Shown one piece after another: positions 1 to 10,404 of a DNA stretch of 64,000 bases. Source of the DNA: Candidatus Woesearchaeota archaeon (lineage in GTDB: Archaea > Nanobdellota > Nanobdellia > SCGC-AAA011-G17 > JACPIM01); NCBI GenBank assembly GCA_016188045.1, contig JACPIM010000002.1:17198-81197 (forward strand), given 5' to 3'. The stretch's first letter is position 1; each line of letters starts with the position of its first letter. The position numbers and the translations under genes are program-made. Under the pieces are notes generated by a model, which saw nothing but the letters and a program-made list of their open reading frames with translations, was not told the DNA's origin and made no database searches.

Positions 1-206
1 ATTACCTCATCAAACAACCCAATTTCACCAACCATAACATTTTTGTTGCTCGCAATATTTACTACAGCTATGGCTTCTTTGCTACTATAAGAAATCCTTA
101 TTCTGTCCAACGCACTTAATCCACCGCTTTTAGCATCATTACTATTTATAACTACAATTAATGGACCACCACTAGAAAGACCAAGATTTTTTACTTTAAG
201 CCTCAT
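1..206 (-). CDS. deoA: AMP phosphorylase, N-terminal part (runs off window edge; not in ORF track)
   Basis: Manual translation from ATG at 206: MRLKVKNLGLSSGGPLIVVINSNDAKSGGLSALDRIRISYSSKEAIAVVNIASNKNVMVGEIGLFDEV, typical of the N-terminal domain of archaeal AMP phosphorylases; RuBisCO and R15P isomerase are nearby. Confidence 0.75.
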   Translation of the reverse strand, partial: MRLKVKNLGLSSGGPLIVVINSNDAKSGGLSALDRIRISYSSKEAIAVVNIASNKNVMVGEIGLFDEV

Positions 207-1215
207 ATTCTTCACTTGTGTATATATCAAAAAATACAGTTAGTATAGATAAGATTAACGGACCAATAAATATACCCATAAGTCCAAATACCTTTAATCC
301 ACCAAAAACTCCTATCAAAGCCAAAGCAGGATGTATTTTTGCTTTACTACCTATTAATTTTGGCCTGATTATATTATCTATTGTGCTAACAATTAAAAGC
401 CCGTAAAAAAGCAACCCCAAACCATTAGTTATATCACCAGAGGCAATTTTAATCAATGAAATTGGGAACCAAATAAAAGCCGCTCCTACTAAAGGTATCA
501 TAGACAAAATTATCATCGCAAAACCCCATAAAAAAGGAGAGTCTACTTTGAATATTAGTAATCCAATAGTGCCTATAATCCCCTGTATTATTCCAGTCAA
601 AACCACCCCATATAAGGTAGCATAAATACTATCTTTAAATTTCTTAGCGATGTCTTCTTTATACCTCCTTTTTAAAGGCAAGGCTTCTTTTATGGCATTA
701 GTTAGTTTTTCTCCGTCAACTAAGAAATAAAACATTAAGAAAAATATGATAAATAAAGAAAGTAATTTGTTTGGTATGTCAATTATAAAGTCATGTGCTC
801 CTTGAATAAGAACAACAGAGATCTTATTCAAACCGTCTTTGATGAAAGAACTAACATCTAGATTATTGCCGAAATAAGAATTTATGTAATCTAATCTTAA
901 TCCTTCAAAATTTATATCCCTTACATTGTAAAAAAAGTTTGTAGTCTCATTCAGTAAGCTTGTTCCAAAAAAGACAAAAGGCAACAGCATTAATAATATA
1001 ACAATCAAAGAAGTAATCAAAGAACCAAGAATACGATTTTTCAAATATTTTAATATAAATTTATAAACAGGATAAACTACGAAAGATAAAACAGCAGCAC
1101 CGATAATAGAATCAAAAAAAGGCCAAATCAAGATAATCGCCGCAATTATAATTAATATGAAGCTACCAACAAAGAAATAATTCGAATGTTTTTTTAAATC
1201 CAAACCATCTTCCAT
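196..1215 (-). CDS. AI-2E family transporter
   Basis: Multi-TM protein with DNIIRPKLIG and FGLMGIFIGP motifs. Confidence 0.9.
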   Translation of the reverse strand: MEDGLDLKKHSNYFFVGSFILIIIAAIILIWPFFDSIIGAAVLSFVVYPVYKFILKYLKNRILGSLITSLIVILLMLLPFVFFGTSLLNETTNFFYNVRDINFEGLRLDYINSYFGNNLDVSSFIKDGLNKISVVLIQGAHDFIIDIPNKLLSLFIIFFLMFYFLVDGEKLTNAIKEALPLKRRYKEDIAKKFKDSIYATLYGVVLTGIIQGIIGTIGLLIFKVDSPFLWGFAMIILSMIPLVGAAFIWFPISLIKIASGDITNGLGLLFYGLLIVSTIDNIIRPKLIGSKAKIHPALALIGVFGGLKVFGLMGIFIGPLILSILTVFFDIYTSEEYEA

Positions 1216-1323
1216 ATATCAAAATATTTGTTTTTTTATTTATATTTGTTTCTATGCGTATTTTTGTGTATTTGTGATAATATTAAGCAAAACTTTAAAA
1301 GTATAAATACTATTCAATAACAA

Positions 1324-1650
1324 ATGGATAAGATTATACTTGGATTAACAGAGCAAGTTAAAATAAACGGAATACCAGTTAAAGCTAAAATAGATACAGG
1401 AGCAGATAGAAATTCTATTTGTAAATCTCTAATAAAAGAATTAAATCTGAAACCAACAGGAAAAAAAATAAGAGTAAAATCATCACATGGTATGACCTTA
1501 AGAGAAATTTATAGTGCAGAACTAGAAATAAAAGGCAAAAAAATGATTACTGATTTTAATGTTATTGATAGAAATAATCTAAGTTATTCTGTTTTAATAG
1601 GTAATAATACACTAAAACGCCATAATTTTTTAGTTGATCCAAAAAAATGA
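1324..1650 (+). CDS. RimK-associated retropepsin-like aspartic protease
   Basis: AKIDTGA and LIG motifs; overlaps start of RimK-like gene. Confidence 0.85.
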   Translation: MDKIILGLTEQVKINGIPVKAKIDTGADRNSICKSLIKELNLKPTGKKIRVKSSHGMTLREIYSAELEIKGKKMITDFNVIDRNNLSYSVLIGNNTLKRHNFLVDPKK

Positions 1651-2741
1651 AATTTGCTTTAATAAGTTTGGGTGGTAAAAGTAGTCTAAGAGTAGTTGAA
1701 GAAGCAAAAAATTTTTTTGAAGTAGCAGATCACTTGGATTTAAGCGAGATAGAAGTGCGAGCAGATTCAAAAGAATCAAAAGTTATATATAAAGACAAAC
1801 CAATAGGTCCCTATGATTGTATCTATGTTAGGGGTTCTTTTAGATATGCTTTATTACAGCAATCAATAACGCGGGCGTTGCATAACGAGGTTTATATGCC
1901 CCTAAAACCAAATTCATTTACCTTAGGCCATAATAAATTTTTAACCTTATTAGAGTTGCAAAAAAATAAAGTCCCACTACCAACAACATATTTTGTAAAC
2001 AATGTTAACACCGCTAAAAAAATTCTAGAAAAGGTTAATTTTCCAATAATCATGAAAATACCTTCAGGTACACAAGGCAAGGGAGTCATGTTCGCAGATT
2101 CAATGGGTTCTGCAAGATCAATGTTAGATGCTTTGGATGTATTTAACCAACCATATATAATACAAGAATTTATTGACACGGATTCCACAGATATTAGGGC
2201 CATTGTTTTAGGAAAAAAAGTTGTAGCCTCTATGAAAAGAAAGGGAACTAGGGGAGAACTAAGAGCTAACATACATGCTGGCGGAGAAGGAATGAACTTT
2301 GAATTAGGCTACGATATAGAACAGACCGCAATAAAAGCAGCAGAAGCAGTCGGAGCAGAGATAGCAGGAGTAGATATATTAGAGTATGGCAATAAACCAC
2401 TAGTTATAGAAGTAAATCTCTCTCCAGCACTAGAAGGTGGAATAAGTAAAGCTACTAAAAAAAATGTAGCTTATGAAACTGCAAAATTTCTTTTTGAAAA
2501 GACAAAAGAATTCAAAGAAAAAAACAGCAAAAGTCACGCAGAAAGCTTGTTAAGAGAGATTGGATCAACTAATTCAGATAAAAAAGAGTTTCTTACTAAT
2601 CTCAATATAAAAGCGGGCATAATCAAATTGCCAGATATTATAACAGAGATAAGCAAATTACACCCAGATGATGAGGTTTTAATAGAATCAAAAGAAGGAG
2701 AAATAAAAATAAAAAAACAGGAAATTAAAAAAAGCGATTAG
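1647..2741 (+). CDS. RimK/LysX-family ATP-grasp ligase with C-terminal AbrB-like extension
   Basis: GTQGKGV, IQEFI, DIR, RANIHAGG, GVDIL and EVNLSP motifs. Confidence 0.9.
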   Translation: MKFALISLGGKSSLRVVEEAKNFFEVADHLDLSEIEVRADSKESKVIYKDKPIGPYDCIYVRGSFRYALLQQSITRALHNEVYMPLKPNSFTLGHNKFLTLLELQKNKVPLPTTYFVNNVNTAKKILEKVNFPIIMKIPSGTQGKGVMFADSMGSARSMLDALDVFNQPYIIQEFIDTDSTDIRAIVLGKKVVASMKRKGTRGELRANIHAGGEGMNFELGYDIEQTAIKAAEAVGAEIAGVDILEYGNKPLVIEVNLSPALEGGISKATKKNVAYETAKFLFEKTKEFKEKNSKSHAESLLREIGSTNSDKKEFLTNLNIKAGIIKLPDIITEISKLHPDDEVLIESKEGEIKIKKQEIKKSD

Positions 2742-3208
2742 CGATGTAAATCATAAGTTACTTTATCTTTGTTTATAATAGTAAAATATGCCCTCACTTC
2801 TTGTCCAGTTCCAACATCAAAGCCGCTTATATAATATCGCCCACTTTGTATATTTTTGTCTTTTATAATATCAGCTGGTATCTTAAGATAAGGTGTTCCT
2901 TTTTGCGCGTAGCATCTTTTTTGATCGCAGACTTTAAGTCTAACACTATTAACTCGCCCACCTAATTCCCGGTATACCTCTAAATACATTGGAGTAGTAG
3001 GTTTTATAGCAGAATTAGCAATACCCTTACTACCAGGCATTACTGTAACTTTTATTGTACCACCTTCGGTTACACTGTTTTTATCTAAAATAATCTGTGT
3101 TTTAGTATCTGATACCGCACCACCAGTAATACCTTCTCCTAAATTAAAACTAATTAAACTAATAATTAATATTAGAACAGCAAGTAATATCACCTTTTTT
3201 TCATTCAT
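2738..3208 (-). CDS. Secreted/membrane-anchored beta-rich protein, ITG-motif paralog 5
   Basis: N-terminal TM, ITGGAV, VTVMPGSKG, Cys pair, GRYY, FTI. Confidence 0.75.
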   Translation of the reverse strand: MNEKKVILLAVLILIISLISFNLGEGITGGAVSDTKTQIILDKNSVTEGGTIKVTVMPGSKGIANSAIKPTTPMYLEVYRELGGRVNSVRLKVCDQKRCYAQKGTPYLKIPADIIKDKNIQSGRYYISGFDVGTGQEVRAYFTIINKDKVTYDLHR

Positions 3209-3603
3209 TCACTATCACCTCTCTTTATTGTAAAATCTTCCATTATAAAACCTTTTCGGTTATAGTCATATACCTTAACGTGATAAACTCCCGGTTTCCA
3301 GTTATTTGGTACCCAGTAACTTATAGTGGTTTCTTCAGAGCATTTGTAATCCCCATCGCAAAGTTCAATTGAAGCCTTTCTCAAATCATCTTCCGCGTTA
3401 TAAAAATTAAGATTATTATTTACCCCACCTAAACCAGGATAGACCATTATTAAAATCATACTCCCAGACTTTACAACTTTAGGGCTTATTCTCATCCCAG
3501 AAAACTCTTTTACACTAAGGCCGGTTATGTCTAAGTTAAAAGAAAAAATAGCTATAAGTATTAGGATTATAGCTCCCAATATTATCTTTGACTCTCTTTC
3601 CAT
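3205..3603 (-). CDS. Secreted/membrane-anchored beta-rich protein, ITG-motif paralog 4
   Basis: N-terminal TM, ITGLSV, MVYPGLGG, CDGDYKC, WKPGVY, FTI. Confidence 0.75.
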   Translation of the reverse strand: MERESKIILGAIILILIAIFSFNLDITGLSVKEFSGMRISPKVVKSGSMILIMVYPGLGGVNNNLNFYNAEDDLRKASIELCDGDYKCSEETTISYWVPNNWKPGVYHVKVYDYNRKGFIMEDFTIKRGDSE

Positions 3604-3623
3604 TTATCAAATAAAATAAAAAA

Positions 3624-4058
3624 TTAACCAACATGATTTATGGTAAATATGTTGGAATCAACTTTAAAATTATATGATGGGTTTGACCTTTCTACTCTTA
3701 TAATGTAATCACCAGATTGGACCCTAGCTGGGATCAAAAACTGTTTACTAACTACCCCGTTACATATGCTCTGAGTACCGCATAATGTATCAGAAATACT
3801 TACTCTCTCCTTTAATCCGCTATTAACAGAAAATAGTTCCAATTGGCTATCAACACCAACAGATCCAGTATCAACAGTTACAGTAACGAATTTTGCACTT
3901 TCATCTCCGCTAAAAGTAACTATCGAAGGAGAAACAACAACACTAACATCACTACCATCACCAACAACCCTACCGCTTATTTTATTGAAATTAAAAGCAA
4001 CCAAAGCCAATAAAATTATTAATACTGCAACCAAAAGCGTCTTATTATTCTGCTCCAT
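3624..4058 (-). CDS. Secreted/membrane-anchored beta-rich protein, ITG-motif paralog 3
   Basis: N-terminal TM, ISGRVV, VTVDTGSVG, Cys pair, GDY, FTI; GGAGGT RBS. Confidence 0.75.
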   Translation of the reverse strand: MEQNNKTLLVAVLIILLALVAFNFNKISGRVVGDGSDVSVVVSPSIVTFSGDESAKFVTVTVDTGSVGVDSQLELFSVNSGLKERVSISDTLCGTQSICNGVVSKQFLIPARVQSGDYIIRVERSNPSYNFKVDSNIFTINHVG

Positions 4059-4072
4059 ATAATTAACCTCCC

Positions 4073-4528
4073 TTAAATTATATTAAAATTTGCTGTAGCA
4101 TAAACCTTCTGTCTTGTACCACCTAAAGATCTCTCTTCCACATTTTCTTCAACCTTTACTGTATAGGTTGCATCAGAAGGCCAAGTATCATCATTAGTCC
4201 CTACCAAATATTTAACCGTTGATGTGCCATAACAAACTGAAGTTTTTGTAGCTTCCTCTGTACATACTTTTTTATTAGTGCCCTGTATTCTTACGCCATT
4301 TCTCTCTATCGACATCCACTCATTTTTCACACCACCTGGTCCAGGATAAACAGTTACTTCTATAATGCCGTTCCTGTTTACAGGATTAGGCTCAATATCA
4401 ATTACAGTTCCACCGTCTTTTACCTGATATCCAGATAAAGTAGAATTGGTAAAATTACTAGCGATCATAGCCACCAATAATATTCCGACAGCAACAAATA
4501 TGGTTTTTCTTTCATTCATTTTTATCAC
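4073..4528 (-). CDS. Secreted/membrane-anchored beta-rich protein, ITG-motif paralog 2
   Basis: N-terminal TM, LSGYQV, VTVYPGPGG, Cys pair, W..ATY, FNI; true start probably MNERK. Confidence 0.75.
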   Translation of the reverse strand: MIKMNERKTIFVAVGILLVAMIASNFTNSTLSGYQVKDGGTVIDIEPNPVNRNGIIEVTVYPGPGGVKNEWMSIERNGVRIQGTNKKVCTEEATKTSVCYGTSTVKYLVGTNDDTWPSDATYTVKVEENVEERSLGGTRQKVYATANFNII

Positions 4529-4953
4529 CTTATCCTAAAAGGAGCTTCAATCGTAAAGTCTCCTGTGCATACATCTTTTAATTTAATAACATAATCTTGA
4601 TTACTTTCCCAAACATCACTTTGAGAATATGTTTGTATTTTAGAACTGCCGCTTTTGCATTTATACTCGCCACCACAGATATTCCTCATAGTTACACTTA
4701 TTTTTGAATCAACTGCTTTGCCATTTCTATCCAAGTTTCTTTTGTAAACTCTGGCCTCTTCATAAAAACCTTTACCGCTACCAACATTTACTGTAACCGA
4801 ATCACCAAGGTTTATCTCATTAGGAATAGCAGTAGCAATACTTTCTTTGCAATTAACAATATTACCTGTTAAATTTAGAAAACTAGAGGACAACATTGCA
4901 ACTCCAAGAACTAGAACAGCACTTAATAATATCTTATTCTCTTGTTGCATCAA
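4525..4953 (-). CDS. Secreted/membrane-anchored beta-rich protein, ITG-motif paralog 1
   Basis: N-terminal TM, LTGNIV, VNVGSGKG, CGGEYKC, W...QDY, FRI; GGAGGT RBS. Confidence 0.75.
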   Translation of the reverse strand: MMQQENKILLSAVLVLGVAMLSSSFLNLTGNIVNCKESIATAIPNEINLGDSVTVNVGSGKGFYEEARVYKRNLDRNGKAVDSKISVTMRNICGGEYKCKSGSSKIQTYSQSDVWESNQDYVIKLKDVCTGDFTIEAPFRIR

Positions 4954-5005
4954 TACACCTCCTTTGAATATAAAAGTTATAGTTTCGTTATTTAAAAAAC
5001 TTTCG

Positions 5006-5200
5006 TTAACTTCCGATTAATCTTGAGGGTATATTTAACGCATCAATCTCATATAATGTGAAACCAATTATTAGCAATAGGACAAACAACAGGATAATTA
5101 AGGCAGTAAGTAAATTATTTGTTTTTTGTTGCAACACCTGACTGTAACTAACCTCATATCTCTTTACTTTTCCCTTCTCATCCTTAAGTTCATATTCCAT
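5006..5200 (-). CDS. Small single-TM hypothetical protein
   Basis: 64-aa ORF with one hydrophobic helix and an upstream TTTATAAA box. Confidence 0.6.
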   Translation of the reverse strand: MEYELKDEKGKVKRYEVSYSQVLQQKTNNLLTALIILLFVLLLIIGFTLYEIDALNIPSRLIGS

Positions 5201-5311
5201 AGTTACTACTTTAAAATGCTTAATATTTATAAAGATATTGATAAAACAAAATATATTTTACGTCAACGCTTTTTTATTTTTATGGTCTTAGCACTTTCTT
5301 AAAGTGCTAAT

Positions 5312-6250
5312 TTAAAACAATATTTCCTTAATATTCAAGGTATCTTCTTCATAAGTCTTAAAATAAACTCTAGTTAATATTTCACTAATAAAACCAAACA
5401 TTATTGATAAACTTCCAGTAATAATTAATAAAACAACCAATATCAGTAAAGGACCAACTGTAAATACATTAAGTATAATCGCTTTCATAATCTGCTCTAT
5501 TAAAATAAATAATGCCAAAAAATATTGTATAAATCCTAGACCACCAAAAAAATGCAATGGCCTTGTTGAATAACTTGACCAAAATTTTATGTATAATAAA
5601 TCTAAAAATCCTTTAAATAATCTCAAGCTACCATATTTGGTTTTTCCTAAAATTCTTTTTCTATGATTAACTTTAACTTCTCCAATTTTAAATCCCTTTA
5701 ATAGCAAAATAGTCGTGATATATCTATGCATTTCTCCAAACAAGTCCAAATTTTTTACAACTTCTCTTCTATAAGCTTTCAAAGAACAACCGGCATCATG
5801 TATTTTTTCCTTAACTAAGACTCTTCTAATGAAATTTGCGATTTTTGAATAAACTCTTTTACTAAATTTATCTTTCCTATTCCATCTCCACCCAGAAATT
5901 GCATCATATCCTTTCTTCAATTCATTTAATAATAAAGGTATATCTTTAGGATCATTTTGTAAATCTCCGTCCATGGTTATTGCTATCTTACCACTAAAAT
6001 ACTTAAAACCAGCCCTCCAAGCAGCAGTTTGCCCTAAATTTCTGCTAAATTTTATTACTTTAATTCTTTTATCTTCTTCATGCAATTTTTTTAATATGTT
6101 AAAAGTATTATCTTTACTGCCATCATCAACAAATATAATCTCAAAAGAATTTGTTATTTTTTCTAAAATATTCTTTAACTCCCTATATAAAAGCAATATA
6201 TTCTCCTGTTCATTATACACCGAGACTATAATAGACAAGTCAATTTCCAT
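5312..6250 (-). CDS. GT2 polyprenol-phosphate glycosyltransferase
   Basis: YNEQEN, VDDGSKD, MDGDLQNDP; two C-terminal TMs. Confidence 0.92.
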   Translation of the reverse strand: MEIDLSIIVSVYNEQENILLLYRELKNILEKITNSFEIIFVDDGSKDNTFNILKKLHEEDKRIKVIKFSRNLGQTAAWRAGFKYFSGKIAITMDGDLQNDPKDIPLLLNELKKGYDAISGWRWNRKDKFSKRVYSKIANFIRRVLVKEKIHDAGCSLKAYRREVVKNLDLFGEMHRYITTILLLKGFKIGEVKVNHRKRILGKTKYGSLRLFKGFLDLLYIKFWSSYSTRPLHFFGGLGFIQYFLALFILIEQIMKAIILNVFTVGPLLILVVLLIITGSLSIMFGFISEILTRVYFKTYEEDTLNIKEILF

Positions 6251-8170
6251 TTAAATCAACCTATCCAAGTTTAGCTTTGCTTTATTAATATTTTCATTCT
6301 CAATGAATATTCTATACCATAGCTCAAAATTAAGTATATTCCACATCTGTCTGGCGTAATACAGCTTAGATTTATCCCTAACTTTCAACATCTTTTTAAA
6401 ATATTCTTTTTTAGCTAACTTTTTCCTCACTAAAATAGAATTATCTAAAACCCGATTAGTTAGTTCTTTCAAATCTTTGTTTATCCATTCATCTATAGGA
6501 ACAAAGAATCTTTCTTTTTTAGCACTATAAATCTGCTTAGGTAGTTTATCTTTCATAGTTCTTCTTAACAAATATTTATCTTTTAATCCATTTAATTTTA
6601 AATTGCTCTTAACTTTGGACATTAATTCTACAATTCTATGATCCAAAAAAGGAACCCTTGCTTCAATAGCATGTGCCATAGTCATTTTGTCAACTTTCAT
6701 CAACAAATTATCGCATAAAGAAGCGTTTATCTCACAATCCAAGTTTTTATTCAGTAAACTATTCTTTTTACTAAAATAAAAGTTAAAGTCATTTACTAGG
6801 TCATTATAATACTTACTTAACTTTTCATCTCCAAATTCTTCTAGATCCTTCTTATCAAATACTGTTATTAAGCTCAAATAAGTCAAAGTTTCATTATTCA
6901 AATTTTCCAAGAATACTTTAAATCTCTCAATGCCCTTTTCACCTAAACTCTCGCTATATCTGAAGAGTTTATTTAATAACTGTTTCGGCAGATTATTAAC
7001 TAGATTAGGAACATTTTTTCTTAGTGGCAAAGGAATTATTTTTCCGTATTTCCCCAATTTCATTATTTTATATTGCTCATATCCACCAAAAACTTCATCG
7101 GCTCCCTCCCCTACTAAACAAACAGTTGCTTTTTTCTTTGTTTTTTCAGATAAAACATAAGTTGGAATGGCTGCGGGATCTGCCAAAGGCTCGTCAAAAT
7201 GCCAAATTATTTTAGGCAATAATTCTATTGAGTTTGGTTCAATAATAATTTCATTATGATCGGTATTAAAATAATCAGAAACCAATCTCGCATTTTCTAA
7301 ATCTCTCTCTTTACCAAAACCAACGGAAAAAGTCTTTATAGATTCGTTTTTTAATTTGCTGGCAACTTGGACAATAGTACTGGAATCTATTCCGCCAGAT
7401 AAAAACACACCAATAGGAACATCACTTGTTAACTCGCCCCTAACACCATCAGTTAATAGATTATATAGTTCTTTGCTTAATTTATTTAAATTGCCATTTT
7501 CTTCACTAAAATTAATTTCCCAATATTTATTGATTTCAATTTTTTTACTTTCATATTTTATATAACATCCAGGCTGAAGTTTATTTATATTTTTAATAAT
7601 AGTTCTAGGTCCAGGTATAAATCTTAAAGATAAATAATAACTTAGAGATTGTAAATTAATTTCTTTTTTTATTTCTTCATTTAGTAATAAAGATTTAATT
7701 TCAGAAGCAAAAAACAAAATTCCCTCTTCAAAATAATAATATAATGGTTTAATCCCTAGCCTATCTCTAACAATTAATCCTTTTTTGTTTTTAATGTCCC
7801 ATATACAGAAAGAAAACATCCCAATTAATTTGTTTAAAAACTTTTCACCATGCTCTTCATATAAATGAACCAAAACTTCCGAGTCTGAATTTGAGTAAAA
7901 TTTATGTCCTGCTTTTTCTAATTCTCCTCTTAATTCAATATAATTATATATTTCTCCATTACAAATAACTAAAATAGTTCCATCTTCATTAAATAAAGGT
8001 TGTTTTCCCTTCTTGCTTAGATCAATAATACTTAATCTTCTATGTCCAATACTAACATTTTTATCAATAAAGTAATCATAATCATCAGGTCCCCTATGAG
8101 AAAGTATACTAGTCATTTTTCTAATCAATTCTTTATCTTCTTTTCCTAATATTCCAGTAATTCCGCACAA
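6251..8170 (-). CDS. asnB: Asparagine synthase (glutamine-hydrolysing)-like amidotransferase
   Basis: MCGI Ntn start (TTG), HRRLSIID, NGEIYN, LSGGIDSS, GEGADEVFGGY. Confidence 0.95.
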   Translation of the reverse strand: MCGITGILGKEDKELIRKMTSILSHRGPDDYDYFIDKNVSIGHRRLSIIDLSKKGKQPLFNEDGTILVICNGEIYNYIELRGELEKAGHKFYSNSDSEVLVHLYEEHGEKFLNKLIGMFSFCIWDIKNKKGLIVRDRLGIKPLYYYFEEGILFFASEIKSLLLNEEIKKEINLQSLSYYLSLRFIPGPRTIIKNINKLQPGCYIKYESKKIEINKYWEINFSEENGNLNKLSKELYNLLTDGVRGELTSDVPIGVFLSGGIDSSTIVQVASKLKNESIKTFSVGFGKERDLENARLVSDYFNTDHNEIIIEPNSIELLPKIIWHFDEPLADPAAIPTYVLSEKTKKKATVCLVGEGADEVFGGYEQYKIMKLGKYGKIIPLPLRKNVPNLVNNLPKQLLNKLFRYSESLGEKGIERFKVFLENLNNETLTYLSLITVFDKKDLEEFGDEKLSKYYNDLVNDFNFYFSKKNSLLNKNLDCEINASLCDNLLMKVDKMTMAHAIEARVPFLDHRIVELMSKVKSNLKLNGLKDKYLLRRTMKDKLPKQIYSAKKERFFVPIDEWINKDLKELTNRVLDNSILVRKKLAKKEYFKKMLKVRDKSKLYYARQMWNILNFELWYRIFIENENINKAKLNLDRLI

Positions 8171-8182
8171 AGTTTAAACCCC

Positions 8183-8923
8183 CTATACTTTCTGTGCTAT
8201 AATAACCGTTTCAACACCAAAAGGATACTTAATGAATTTCATTAATATAATCTCTAGCTTAGCAATTAGTAAAAAAAAGCTATTTAAAAATTTAGGTCCA
8301 GTTCCAATTGAAACTTTCTTACTTTCTTTATAGGTCAGTCTCTGATAATATGTGAAAAAAATATCTGGTAAGAACGCAAAAAAATTGCAGTAATTTTCAT
8401 ATATTATTTTTAAACTGTTTTTTTCTAAAAGTTTCTTAATTAAATTTTTAGTATATCTTCTTTTATGATGTGAACTATAATCAATATCACCCCATAAAAA
8501 ACCAAACACCGGAACAACAATGAATAAGTATCCATTTTTATCCAATAAACCAAATAGATTTCTAACAGCGTTATCGTCATTTTCAGTATGTTCTAATATA
8601 TCAGAAGCCAAAATAAAATCAAATTTTCCTCTAGGCAAAGTTTCTTTTTTCTCAATATCTGCCTTATAGCATTCAATGCCCTTTTCTTTGCAGATCTTCA
8701 CGGCTTCTTCCATGAAATCAATCCCAACCACTTTATTTTTCTCACTTAATTCTTTTAATAAAAATGAATTCTGTCCAACATTGCAGCCAACATCTAATGG
8801 ATTTTCAAATCCAATTTTCAGTCTTTTAATCAATTTTTTAATTAAAATCATTCTAGAAACATTATACCAATTATATGAACTCCTTTCATTTAATAGTTTA
8901 TAATTATCTATATCCATAGCCAC
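8183..8923 (-). CDS. Class I SAM-dependent methyltransferase
   Basis: LDVGC, DILEH, HHKRRY. Confidence 0.9.
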   Translation of the reverse strand: MAMDIDNYKLLNERSSYNWYNVSRMILIKKLIKRLKIGFENPLDVGCNVGQNSFLLKELSEKNKVVGIDFMEEAVKICKEKGIECYKADIEKKETLPRGKFDFILASDILEHTENDDNAVRNLFGLLDKNGYLFIVVPVFGFLWGDIDYSSHHKRRYTKNLIKKLLEKNSLKIIYENYCNFFAFLPDIFFTYYQRLTYKESKKVSIGTGPKFLNSFFLLIAKLEIILMKFIKYPFGVETVIIAQKV

Positions 8924-8987
8924 TTATTTACCTTAAAAAACCTTTTAAACCTTCTTAAACAGTATTTTACTCATTTTCACTAATAAA

Positions 8988-10361
8988 ATGAAAAACAAAG
9001 ATATAATTCTGATTATTACTGGATTTTCCTTAGTTATTATAATATTAAATTTATTAATAAAAAACGTGCTTTACACAGACGTAGGAGACTATTTGGCTGT
9101 GGCAAAATACTTCTCAAATAATATAGTTTCTAGGATAAGAAGCACACATTCATGGGTATATGGTTTATTTTTATCTCAATTTTTAAAAATTTGGTCTTCT
9201 GTTTTTTTAGTTAAACTAGTAAACAGTTCTTTCTTAGTTTTTACTGCAGTATTATTATATAATCTTACGAAAGATAAAAAAGTGCTATTTTTGTGGATAT
9301 TATCCCCAGTAGTCTGGTATATGACACCACAAATAAGCCCAATCTTGCCTTCTGCTTTCTTATTATTGCTTTCTTACAAATTCATTAAAGAATATGAATC
9401 AAAAGAAAAATTAAAATACTTAATTTACTCAGCCTTGCCATTAGGCTTATCTTCTATATTATGGGACTCAATGATTCCAATTTCAATTTTCTTTATCTTG
9501 GTTTTTTTCTTTAACAGAAGATTAAAAGAAATCTTGTTTTTTGGTGTTTTTTATTTCATTGCCTTTTCAATAAGATTCATCCTAGACTATTATCTATTTA
9601 GTTATCCATTTTTTTCTTTATTTAGGTTCTTCGGAGGTTCTTTATTAGTTTATTTAAGACAAGGAAATTATACCCACATTTCAAATCCAGTTTTAAATTA
9701 TATATTATACTTAGTAATAATCTCACCATTTTTATTTAAAATTTACAAATTAAATTTTAAAGAATATAAAAAAGAATTAATTTTCTTGTTATTAACAGTT
9801 TTAATGTTCATCTCATCAAGCAATCAACTAAGGTATTTTCTGATTTTAGCACCAATTTCAATTTTATTAATTTCAAAAGTAATGACAAAAAAAGAATTAG
9901 TTCTAAATTCAATACTCTCGGTTTTATTAATACTGTTCCTACTTTATCCAAGTTTTGTAGATAACTCAGAAAAATTAATTCAGGAAGATTTAAATCAGAT
10001 TGCAAAAGATTTTCCGAATGAAGTTTTTTTTGCAGGCAATGAACAAGAAGGTGACGCTTACCTAGTCTACTCTTTAGTCTATTGGGGAAAAGAAATAAAA
10101 GAAATAATTAGCTGGCAAGACTTGCAACTGGTATTAAGTAATAAAACTAACTTCCAGCAATATAGGTATGAGAGTAAGGCTAAAGTGGGCGAAACAAGAA
10201 ATGTATGGCTCGAATTTGGTGTCTCTAGGGCAGATAATAGGACTTATGAATATGTTGATTATTTAATATCATCTAAAAAAGAAACCTCATTAAAAAATTT
10301 TAAGCTTGTTAAATCATATAAAACTTTAAATGTTTTTAAAAAGGATACTACTAAGAAATAG
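8988..10361 (+). CDS. Polytopic membrane protein, GT-C glycosyltransferase-like
   Basis: About 10 TMs, Asp in first loop, RYF motif, soluble C-terminus; glycosylation context. Confidence 0.6.
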   Translation: MKNKDIILIITGFSLVIIILNLLIKNVLYTDVGDYLAVAKYFSNNIVSRIRSTHSWVYGLFLSQFLKIWSSVFLVKLVNSSFLVFTAVLLYNLTKDKKVLFLWILSPVVWYMTPQISPILPSAFLLLLSYKFIKEYESKEKLKYLIYSALPLGLSSILWDSMIPISIFFILVFFFNRRLKEILFFGVFYFIAFSIRFILDYYLFSYPFFSLFRFFGGSLLVYLRQGNYTHISNPVLNYILYLVIISPFLFKIYKLNFKEYKKELIFLLLTVLMFISSSNQLRYFLILAPISILLISKVMTKKELVLNSILSVLLILFLLYPSFVDNSEKLIQEDLNQIAKDFPNEVFFAGNEQEGDAYLVYSLVYWGKEIKEIISWQDLQLVLSNKTNFQQYRYESKAKVGETRNVWLEFGVSRADNRTYEYVDYLISSKKETSLKNFKLVKSYKTLNVFKKDTTKK

Positions 10362-10404
10362 TAAGGTTTATAAATAAAGTAAAACAAGAAAAAGACGATA
10401 AAAA

